Source: Azolla caroliniana
Taxonomy: Eukaryota > Plantae > Polypodiophyta
Length of the DNA stretch: 64,000 nt
Assembly: GCA_043228905.1 (NCBI GenBank)
Contig: JBHGNT010000001.1
Coordinates: forward strand, 10,974,001-11,038,000
Direction: 5' to 3'
Each line of letters starts with the position of its first letter. Position 1 is the first letter of the stretch. The position numbers were made by a program, and so were the translations under genes. Under the pieces are notes generated by a model that searched no databases, had not been told where the DNA came from, and saw only the letters and a list, made by a program, of their open reading frames with translations. Positions 1 to 10,728 of the stretch are shown one piece after another.

Positions 1-324
1 TCCACTACACCGACCTTCAATATGATGTCCAATCACCAAATACTCCTTCCGTACATTTTATTATGCACTTAATGCTTATAAAACATCTCCAAAATCATTC
101 CACCACAGGCATTAAGATCATGTTCATGGATGTTTAGGAAACCTAGAGCTTTTGTTTTTGCATGAATTCATCCATATTCATAATCATGATTTGTCTCAGA
201 GACTGATTTTGGCCTCTAGTAGACATAAAATTTCTTTCTTTCTTTTTTTAATTATATTTCTAATTATTATTATTATTTAGTTACATTCATTCTGGTTTGC
301 TGTTCTCAAAGATAAGACAACATT

Positions 325-759
325 TTAAGATGTAATCTCTTGTTTGGTGTTATAGAACATTTCGGCCTCTCAAAAGGCATTAATATATCGTTCTTTCTTT
401 CTTTCTTTATCTCTCTCTCTCTGTGTATACAAGTATGTCTTTCAGTGTTTTTTTATTACTTGGCTTATGGAGTATTTGGTTGTGACTGCAGGAAATTGAT
501 GTACTTAGCAAATTCCAACATGAGAATATTGTTAGATATTATGGTACTCAAAAGGTTAGTAATATCTAACTAAGATTTCTAATATTCGTTTCAAAAATCT
601 AGAATTGGCTTTATTTTTTTTCTAGAATAGCGTTCTTGGTAAAATTATGTTCCCTATATCAAAGGAGAAAGAAAGAAAGAAAGAAAGAAGGAAATATATA
701 TTAACGTCTTTTAAGAGGCCAAAATGGCCTATAAGACCAAACAAGAGATTACATCTTAA
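325..759. mobile_element. Foldback/MITE-like element, probably in an intron of the kinase gene
   Basis: ~90-bp imperfect terminal inverted repeats (ttaagatgtaatctcttgtttggt... versus ...accaaacaagagattacatcttaa), bounded by TTAA at 325-328 and 756-759; no coding capacity. Confidence 0.6.
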
Positions 760-1385
760 GTGTCTCAAAAGAGAAAGAAATGAGTAGATATTAAATAATG
801 GTATTGTCTCAGTTTCTCTTATGAGTTACGTAAGAAAATCCACTAAGGCTAATATTGTCTGGGCAAAACACTATAAGAATTAACTAGAAAGACAAGAATA
901 ATGCTGGGAAGAGAAAATGACATAAAAGATGCAGTAATCAATACAAACCTGTATCAGACAAAGCAGACCAATGCCACAAATGGGTAGCAATCTCTTCAAC
1001 ATATGATACTCTTAGTTAATATGCTATGCCTTGTTGAACATTCAGGATTAAAGTAGAGTGACAATGTTTTTACTTATCATAGCTAAGAAAGTGTTTTATG
1101 AATATGCTTAAAGAGTGTATAGGGTTGGAGCTGTTGACTGATCACATTTTTTCATTTATGTTATCTCTATCATTGTGATGCAAGACAATCTAATAATGGC
1201 CTTTTTTGTAACTCTATATTTAGTTCTCATGCACAAATCATTATTTGTCCAGAAAAAGTGTGAGCTTAATTTTGGTAAAAAGTTTGTAACTGATTATATC
1301 TGAAAATTTCACGCACGATGTAAATTTGTGGTACTAGAAAATTGTATCTATCAAGTAATGAAACACTATTTTTGCTTGTTGACAG

Positions 1386-3273
1386 GAACCAGACAAATTG
1401 TACATATTTTTGGAATTGGTCACCAAGGGGTCCCTTGCCTCTTTGTATCAGAAGTATCCATTATTTGACTCTCAAATACGGATATATACCCGACAGATTT
1501 TAAGTGGTTTAAAGTATCTGCATGATCGCAACATCATGCACAGGTAATATTCATTCTTTATTTGTGGTTCTCCTTATAGCAAACTAGGTTTTTAAGGACC
1601 TCGATAATGGGGCTTACTTCAGCATTTTGCCATCCTAGGGATATCAAATGTGCAAATATATTAGTAGACACTAATGGGAGGATCAAAGTTGCAGACTTTG
1701 GACTAGCAAAACAGGTTTCTGCAAACTGTTTCATTAGTTTTATGCTTATCCATTCTTGTACTTCATTTTTTTGCTGCCTATGTAAAGCATTCTAGGTGCA
1801 GTGTTGCTGAAAACTGAGTTGAAAATTATTGCAATGTGTGCAGATTTCAAAATTAGATGAGCTCAAATCTTGTAAGGGAAGTGCGTATTGGATGGCTCCA
1901 GAGGTTAGTTTTATCTCATTTTATTCATGTTTCTTTCTAATTAGGATTGTGTCTCTCCAATGGCATGGTAAACGAGCGTTTCTCAAGAAGTTTCATACTT
2001 CAGAGGTGTAGCTAGCCACTATTGATAAGGAAATTTGATACATCAAGTTTTATCCATATGGCCTTTAGTCCCATAAATGGGTCTGTGTATTTGTTTATAT
2101 ACCAATGAACCTCTCTCAGCAGACTTTTTAACAATCCATCTTCTATGATATTGAAAGGAGATCAATCTTTTCCCCCCCTCATAAGGGTACCTTATCAGGG
2201 TTCTATTCTTGTAGGAAGTTAGAATAGGTAGTTATAGGTATGTGCCTGTTGAGGTGCCATTTGTGTTATAGTTGTATTTGTACTTAGAAAGCATGATTGG
2301 ACATGCTAGTTGTAATTCAATTCTGATCAACTAAAGATGAATTGATCATTCATGTAATAATGGGTAAACTTGGTATAAGAAATTGGAAATACATCAAGTG
2401 ATTGTGTTGTGAACGCCAAAGTGACAGCGTAATACCTACCGTATATAATCAAACCTTTGATAGTATTTTGGTTTAGTTTCTATTTCACTTCTTGAGTTGC
2501 ATCTGTATTTTCTCACTTACGATCTGTAGATATTGCTCTTGTGGCACCAAACCATGTTGTTGTAATCATGTTTCGGGGCTCTACTAAACATGTTTTTACT
2601 AATGCTTCATGTGCCAAAGTGCACTGCTGAAGTGGACAATAATGATTATGGTACATCAGTCTCTAGTCCCATTACCCATAAATGTTTGAGTTATTCCTTG
2701 GGACATTTAATGATGAAAATCTCTGCGTTCTCGTTTTCTTTCTCAGTTACACGTGGCTATATCTTCTTTTGTCAAATTTTCAGGTTATCGACCCAAGGAA
2801 GACGTATAGCTTTCCAGCTGACATTTGGAGTTTGGGTTGCACTGTCCTTGAGATGGCCACAAGGGGTCCTCCTTTTGGGGACTTAGAATGGGTATGTAGT
2901 TCTGTTAATATCAAATTATTCATTAATCTCTGATTTTTGAAATACCAAGGGGCACTCAGGGAATTTAGTGAAAATGAACGGAATGTTTTGGTAATAACAT
3001 ATTTTTTCTTTGGTACCATTATAGCATCGTGTATTGTGGAAGGTCGGACATGGAGAGCCACCTCCAATTCCTGACTCATTACCAGAAGATGCAAAGAATT
3101 TCATTAGAACCTGTTTGGAAGTTGATCCTACGAAGAGGCCTTCTGCTAGTCAGCTTTTAGAGCATCCCTTTGTCCAATATACTGGTCGCTCGGGGTTTAC
3201 TCCCAAGAATTCCTTCTGTCAAGAGTCTTTAGAGATTCGAATGGCGATAGAAACTAGTGCTTCTGAGGGGTGA
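1386..3273 (+). CDS. MAP kinase kinase kinase (MEKK1-like), 3' exons: 1386-1543, 1639-1714, 1844-1903, 2784-2891, 3025-3273; 5' exons lie upstream of the window
   Basis: GT-AG bounded exons splice in frame to [13 protein letters not shown]...[10 protein letters not shown]|[10 protein letters not shown]...DFGLAKQ|...[10 protein letters not shown]|VIDP...[13 protein letters not shown]...|...PPPIP...[12 protein letters not shown], typical of plant MEKK kinase subdomains. Confidence 0.92.
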
Positions 3274-3854
3274 TGAATCAGGAGTCCTTACTATATGTCA
3301 ATTCTATGGCTTCTACTGATGCATAAAGTCATGGTAAAGCCGTGGTTTGCATATGATCCTGCTGAATGTATCTTTCTCACAGGCTTACATGGTCTCATTT
3401 ATCTCATATATATATGTTGTGGCCTATATGTAAAAGCTTTGATATCTCTGGAAGATATTCTCGGCAGAGCTCCCAAATTGGTTTCTTTTGGGTGTGTTGT
3501 TATTACGATGGTGTACTCAATGTTCATTGAAATACAACCCACTTATATCCATTTTGTACATATGCTTATACATATTATACGCTTCAGATGGCTATTAAAG
3601 AAAGTGACATTGATGTCTGCTGAATCAGGAATTCCTATTCTGTGACAATTCTTTGGAATTGAACTCTAGTAACATAAATCCATGCCTGAAGCACGAATGC
3701 AGCTTTTGCATATGCTCCAGCTAAGATGTATCAAATTTTGTTGATAAAGTATTTCCGGCATATGTTAAATGGAGAAGTTTGTGTTGCTAATTGTCTTCAA
3801 ATGTACTTATTTGCTCATTGAAAAATCAATATAAGCTTGGTAATTTACATAGTA

Positions 3855-4235
3855 TTACTTTCCATTCGCGCTACTCTTGAACTTTGATGATGTGAATAGA
3901 GATGGCAGCATAATCTTTTGGCCCATGCAATGCTCAAGGAATCAATTCTAGTCCTCGAGGTGGACCTTTTGGTAACATCCATTTTGCGTTCAAAAAGTTT
4001 TTATAGCAATCGCAATCATTGTAAAATTGTTAAAAGTTTGATGATGTACTTCGGTTACTTTCATAGATGCCACTCTTGAGCATTGATGATGTGAATCTGG
4101 ATGCTAAAATAATATTTGGTTCCTGCCTCCTCCAAGTAGTCAATTCTAGTCCTTGAGATGGACCTCCCACTTTCATTTTATGTTTATAAAGTTGGAATGG
4201 CAATGGCAAAACCATGCTTTAGAAGTAAACTTTCG
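3855..4235. repeat. Degenerate ~200-bp tandem duplication
   Basis: Blocks actcttga..ttgatgatgtgaat and tcaattctagtcct.gag.tggacct recur about 200 bp apart. Confidence 0.55.
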
Positions 4236-4349
4236 AAGCATCTGGCAAACATTTACTACTGGATTGTGATATACATTTTTGGCATCATGAGAACTGAGCT
4301 CAAGAGAATGGTACAACAATCCGAGAAAGGGAAGTACTTAGACACACTG

Positions 4350-5200
4350 CAAAATGCGAATTTATTCCAACCAACCATCTTGATTATGGTGCTTCTTGAT
4401 CATCCACAACACAAGTACTAATAGAATTTGCGGCCAGACCATTCCCATTGTAATCTGGGGGTGGGTCCCGGAAGAAGATGCTACTGTGGTAGAAGATCCG
4501 ACCTATAATTAATGCTTCTTGTCACCAAGAACTTTTGTTATGGGAAACCAGATGTTCTACTTTCAAATGGAAAATGGTCGCAGATGAGTTAAGAGGAAGA
4601 AGAATCGTTGTCAAGTTGAACAATGACATAGAGTGGAATTCACATAACTTTTTCAGGAGAAATGGTCTAGGAAACCTTCAGAAACAGGGGAAATTTCAGA
4701 GGTAGAACAACAATTATTCAGAAACAAGGGAGTTTCCATGGTAGTAACACAAGTATTGAAACAATCCGGTGTGTTGTGATACCACCGCGTGAAGCCAAGC
4801 CAAATGGAGGAAGATTGTCATTTAAAGAAGAGTGATCATTGTTACCAATGGGTAGGTGGAACTCACAAACTACTCCACAAACTTAAAAGTTGATGCTCAT
4901 GAGAAATGTTTGTGATGAGCCATATAGCCAATTCCATGTTGGCAAGTGCACATGAGTTTGGTTGCGTCGTGTGTGGTTCATAGTCTTGATAGCATCCAAT
5001 TGTTAGCTTGGGTTTACAATGGGTATCTCAGCAATTGTGATCAACTCCAACTCAATCAGTTAGTAAGGGATTAGAAGGGACAAAGACTCATTGACAAAAC
5101 ACCACCAAGGATAGTAGAGGTTATGGAGTGCAAAACATTATATCATCGTGCTGAGGTGTCTTGTCACACAGTACACTATAAACAGGAATGGGCGATCCGA
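4350..5200 (-). mobile_element. Highly decayed gypsy-like pol remnant
   Basis: Short minus-strand motif GFTRWY near 4790 resembles the RT/RNaseH GFTGYYR motif; no open frame remains. Confidence 0.3.
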
Positions 5201-6876
5201 GTCCACAAACTTACGACGACAAATACATTGGGATTAGTAGACAATCAGGATAGATACTAGAGTATTAAGAAGTAAACAATCAATACTTATTCGATACTTA
5301 ATTAAGTGGAGAAATTGGAGTTGTGATAGATTATAACGACGACACACTTAATTAATCTCTGCCTTTTTAAGCTATTACCAAAGGTTTATGTAGTTGTGGT
5401 TTGGCATAGGGAAACATGCGATGTTTTACGTGCTCCTAAAAAACAACCTGTTTGTAAGTATATCAATGTTCTATCTTAATTTTGTACTCTCGTTCTATTT
5501 TCACGTATTTATATTGGTATCCTAATTGGATTATACATGCTCCTTCCCTGGATGGCTGGCGATTGTAGGACCAATCATCGTGCATGGTTTCGAGAAGGGT
5601 TTAGGGAATATGGGGATGGATGCTGACACCACTCACTCAATCTACTACATCAACATGTGCCCTTTTAGAAATGATAACAAACATCCAAAGTGCACCAAGG
5701 ATTTCTCACGTGTCCCAACCATAACCAAAAACCTATCAGAAAGATGAATGGTAGAGCAAGTTATGGAAGTCTAATACAATAGACATAATTGTATCATTTA
5801 AGACCTCAAGGATAAAGGTTGATTTGTAGTCACAATGCTGAGAATCGTCGATATTTGTCCTCAATGAGAACAATAAGAAATCCATTACATTTGCCGAAAG
5901 ACAGAAGGTTGTTTCAAACATAGAGATGTGCCACAAGAGGAAAAACCACATCAACCTGCAAAAGCTGCGTACAATGCACTCTAGAGTCACAAGCAAGACT
6001 TCCAATTTACAAAGAAAATCAGATATGTGAAACAAGCAAGAGTAAACTTGGAACGCTTGATGTTAGTGGAATTATGTTTCTACATTCCTTGATGCATCTC
6101 TCTTACTCAATCTATAAAAAAGCATTTAGTCACTCATAAACATATATTTATTTAAGACATTGCTATCCAATGCCTCAATACTTGCTAGTTGTGCTTCCCT
6201 CACATTGAGGCAACTACTATTAATCTGATGCTTGAGCCTATTTTATTGAATTATTGAATCCATATATTTCTCTAGTAGTTGCTTTTGGATGTTTGCATAC
6301 CAAAACAAATGAAATGTACCTCTTTATTAGCAGGAGCAAGATGAGTACAGCATATTGTTGGAGTCACTTGGAAAAAGATGGCATATAGCTGACCACAATA
6401 GACAAAATATGCAAACGAAAATATCATTTATATTATTACCAGCTCCCCTGTCATCACGAGAACCTAAGTTCAATCCTTTGCCATGGGCTTAGCCTCATCC
6501 CATAAATCACAATCGGTCTCAGTTGGACATTAAAAACATTTATCCCATCTCAATAGACCCTAAAGTTCTACTATGTACATTCTCCTAAACACTTATATGT
6601 GTTCTTGATAAACTTTACATTTTTACCACCCACTTTCCCACTTTCTCCTCGAAGCTTGTGTTCAAAAACTCTCTTACAAACCAAGATTTTTGTGAAAAAT
6701 ATACAGAGAAATTCGAGTATTTTCTAACATGCATGTTCGTAATTGCATTCGAGTATCTAAACAAGGACAAACGCATGACAAGATCCTCCATTAGAGGCAA
6801 AAACAATATATTGAATGCTTCAACTATTTAAAATCTAGGCCATTGTGACCTTTTTAGTTTGCATTCATCATTAAGA

Positions 6877-8943
6877 CTATAGACTATCCTTATCATCATT
6901 AAATCCAACCAATGCTACAAAGTCAGAGTCATCATCAATGCATCTTTTCTTTCTCATGGTGATAAACAATTTGCAAGCTATATCTAAGCGCTTCTCAACA
7001 CGAAGCATAGTAAAAAAACACTTTTGTGCATCAGAACTAATGGGATCTCGGCACTTAATAATATGTTTACACACATCCAAAGCTTCATCTACCAAACTTT
7101 CACTGCTTAAGTTTAGCAATAGGAAGCTTGAGATATCACTCGTGGGTTTAGGACCTCTCCTCAATAATTCCTTGTACATTTCCATGGCATTGACCACATG
7201 CCCAAGTTTATACATACCAAATATGTAGATCCTATAAGAATCTATATTCCAAGTGAGTGTCTTTTTATGTTCTTCAGGTTGGTTTGAAAAGTTGGATTTT
7301 AATCTATTGAAAACTATTGTTGCTTCATCATGCTTACCAATGTCAAAAAGGGATCGGAGGAGGTTGTTTAAGGAATGAACCCTCAATATAGAAGGCATCG
7401 TATGCACAACATTCTCAAACTCCTCTATTTGCTTCATAACATCATCTCCATACAAAGCACATGCTACTTCATGAGACCCAAAGATATTAGGCAAGCAACC
7501 ACTAGTGATCATTTCCTTGTAAAACCAATGCCCGCATTCTACTTTTCCACTCTCTGACATTTGGCAAATGGTTGTTATATACACAGATAAATGAGGCACA
7601 ATACCTCGATTTTTCATGCTTTCTAAGGCCAACATGGCTGCATTGGATTTCCCCATTTTGCTAAACCCTTTAATGAGAATCTCAAACAATTTTTTGTCTG
7701 GCATAAGCCCATCTTGCAACATCCGATTGTAAAGATGTTCAACATCTTCAACATAATTTTGTTTGAAAAGAAACTCCAACGCACAAGTATATAAAGGAAC
7801 AGTAGGAGTCACCTTCAAGATATCCATGCCACACATTGCTTTGACAAGGCCATCAACCTTTCCTGCTCTCTTCAATCTGTGAATAAAAATTGAAAATGCA
7901 TAGTCTGCCTTTAAATGATGTTTTTTCATCTCATTGAGGAGGAGCCAAGCATCATTGAAATTTCTCTTTCTTGTCATCCGTGCAATTATGTGAGTAAAAG
8001 CTTCAACTGTCGGCTCATAACCTTCCTTACTACTGGACCAATTCAAGAAATGCAAAGCCAATGAAGGATCTTTAAGACCTTTTACCACTTCAAAAACAAT
8101 ATCAGGAGTAACTTTACCTATGATTCTTTCTATCTTTGTCCAAATCTCTGCACACCACGCCTTTTCATCCAACATGAGGGATAAAACTTCCTTAGCTATA
8201 TCAGATATAGCATGCTCAGGTTCTGCAGGTATAATGCTAGCGTTCAAAGATCGATTTCCATAGCTGAAATTATGCTTCATACATAATGACGCATCATCAT
8301 TACATAGCTTTCCACTCTCTTTATTTCCTGTTCCACAGCTGAGATGATGTGTTGCACATGTGGAAAAAACATCACCATCATGATCATCATTATACAACTT
8401 TCTAGTCTCCTTAGATTGAGTTTCATTGCTGAAATGATGTTTCAGGCATATGGAAGAAGCATCACCATCACCATCATCTGTTACCTTTCTAGTCTCCTTT
8501 AATAGAGATTCACAGTTGAAATGTTGCTCTCGACATGTAGTAGAATCATAATAACGATCGCATAGCTTTGTGGTTGCATTAGATAGGTTTCCATTGCTGA
8601 AACGATGAATTAGGCATGTGGAAGCATCACCATCATTATCTACCCTTATACCATTCAAAGATAGAGTTCCATAGCTGAAATGATGTTTCAGGCATGTGTA
8701 AGAAGCATCTAGCTTATCTTCTCGAAGTTTCGCTGAATGCTTACCATAAAAACGCATGAATAATGGAATCATGCGAAGGTATTGTCTTGCATAACAATTA
8801 GCATACCTTAAGAAGGGCGTAGGTTGGGGCGTATGGTGAAGGTGTCTTCTCTGATAAACATCAGCATATATGAACAAGGGCATGCTATGAATGTATCTTC
8901 TTGCACAGCCATTCAATTTGTGAACAAAACTGCTTGTACTCAT
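6877..8943 (-). CDS. P-class pentatricopeptide repeat protein with an N-terminal Cys/His repeat extension
   Basis: 688-aa ORF; ALHFLNWSSSKEGYEPTVEAF leader followed by tandem ~35-aa PPR motifs (e.g. FEILIKGFSKMGKSNAAMLALESMKNRGIVP). Confidence 0.88.
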   Translation of the reverse strand: MSTSSFVHKLNGCARRYIHSMPLFIYADVYQRRHLHHTPQPTPFLRYANCYARQYLRMIPLFMRFYGKHSAKLREDKLDASYTCLKHHFSYGTLSLNGIRVDNDGDASTCLIHRFSNGNLSNATTKLCDRYYDSTTCREQHFNCESLLKETRKVTDDGDGDASSICLKHHFSNETQSKETRKLYNDDHDGDVFSTCATHHLSCGTGNKESGKLCNDDASLCMKHNFSYGNRSLNASIIPAEPEHAISDIAKEVLSLMLDEKAWCAEIWTKIERIIGKVTPDIVFEVVKGLKDPSLALHFLNWSSSKEGYEPTVEAFTHIIARMTRKRNFNDAWLLLNEMKKHHLKADYAFSIFIHRLKRAGKVDGLVKAMCGMDILKVTPTVPLYTCALEFLFKQNYVEDVEHLYNRMLQDGLMPDKKLFEILIKGFSKMGKSNAAMLALESMKNRGIVPHLSVYITTICQMSESGKVECGHWFYKEMITSGCLPNIFGSHEVACALYGDDVMKQIEEFENVVHTMPSILRVHSLNNLLRSLFDIGKHDEATIVFNRLKSNFSNQPEEHKKTLTWNIDSYRIYIFGMYKLGHVVNAMEMYKELLRRGPKPTSDISSFLLLNLSSESLVDEALDVCKHIIKCRDPISSDAQKCFFTMLRVEKRLDIACKLFITMRKKRCIDDDSDFVALVGFNDDKDSL

Positions 8944-10728
8944 GAATGCACCTGTATTAAGGAGAAAAGTTTAATTGTTTGCATTACCCCTTCAAGCTCC
9001 TCTGTATAGATTTCTTCCTCATTAGTCCATCACCTATTCAGCATTCCTGGAATCGATTAATTCCAGAATCCATCTATCTATCTCCCAAAACACAGTATTA
9101 CCTTTATTTTCTAGGAAACTTGCAAACAACCGTGAAAACACAGCAGATGGGCAAAAACTCCAACCCGAGCTCTTGGATTCATGTCAGAAGACCTTCTGAT
9201 ACCACAGGGATGCCTCTAATTAGGCCTTGTTCACATGAGTGCCTAGCATTCTGAGTACAAATTGTTCCCATCAACATTGGGTGTTTCGCAAATCGGGTGC
9301 TTTCGATTGTCGAGTAACTCGTAAACCAAGCAAGAATTCGATATTCATAGATTCAGTTTGTATATGGGGCAGGGCCACACTTCGCTTCTACCGTTGGCTA
9401 CTAAGTCAAGGGGCAATTCTATCTTTTTGTCGATTTATTATGTGTTTGGTTTGTTGGCTAGCAAAACATGCGAGAACTTGAATTGTCATGATGATAGTGA
9501 ACGGCTTGTGTACAACATGTGACAAGTTAATTTCCAAAATCCCTCACCGACTTCTCGGCATGGTATGTCCTAGGGGGGTTGTTGAATGAGCCATTGTTTC
9601 TCATAAAAAATTACAACAATCTCTTTCTTTAGTAAATGTCATTTTGCTTCATCAAAGTTGAATTATTGAGGATTAATTTGAGTCATGGACACCTAGTTCT
9701 TGATGAATTGTGCATTTGGTGAATTAGTTGCACACTACTCAATAATTAGGATTGCTTGTAGAAGAAGCTCATGTAGTGATTATTTGGCATTTGAACCTTA
9801 AGCACAAGCAATGAGTTGGTGCACTTGGGGATTAAGTAATCATGCATCATTTTAAGGCGGAATAATTGTCCATGCCAATATCGTTATTCATCAATAAGCA
9901 AGGGTGTTCAACTAGAATGTTTTTTGCATGCCACGGGAAAAGACATCCATTTTTACAAAAATTGTGACATTCTTGATCATTGTTGGTATCATATATTGGC
10001 CACTTGCAAAATCTCCCAACCAACCCACCACCATGAACCATGATTCTCGGGGCAATTAGTTGTGTAAAGATGCCACAATTTGACCATGGTTGTGTAATGA
10101 TTATGGCTTGGGAGATGACCCACCACTCAACTAATTGGAAGGATTTGGTTGCTAGGTTAGACGGGCTTCATTGTCAAAAGAGACAAACACAAATAAGTGA
10201 GGACACCTCAGTTCATATAAGTAATAGTAAATAATTATAGGCAACTGCTACATCATCACTACTACTGGCAAACTATATGGCACCCATTCATACGTTGTGT
10301 GCGCATCTCCAAAAGGATCTTGCGGGCATGACTAATCTCTAATTAAGAATGTTTATACGTTCCGAATGATCTAGAAAAACCGTCATGTACGACCCAATCA
10401 GTATTCGGGGACACGAAATGAGAAATCGGTATTCAGGCTTCGGTGACGACGTCTACTATCTTTGTCTTGTGAACGTGAAATGTAAGTGAAGGAAGAACCA
10501 ATAGATTTTCCGGGGTTCCTTGGCATTCCCTGAAGGCTGTGATTTCCTTCGTGTTTTCATCCTGGTGTGAAACGTGGCACTTTCTTCATTTTTATGATCG
10601 TGAATCCGTTTTCACTAAACGCTGAGAGAATTTTTGTGCTTCGGCTATGGTGATGCGATGACCTCTGTTCTCCATTCTGCATCGTTCCCACCCACAGTTC
10701 CTCGTTCTGGAGTAAATGCTCTGTTCAG

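Noticed and set aside
3295-3645. 116-aa hydrophobic ORF after the kinase stop codon
   Set aside because: Lies in the probable 3' UTR, is AT-rich and shows no recognisable domain.
6430-6500. SINE-like B-box (gttcaatcc)
   Set aside because: No convincing A-box, tail or TSD.
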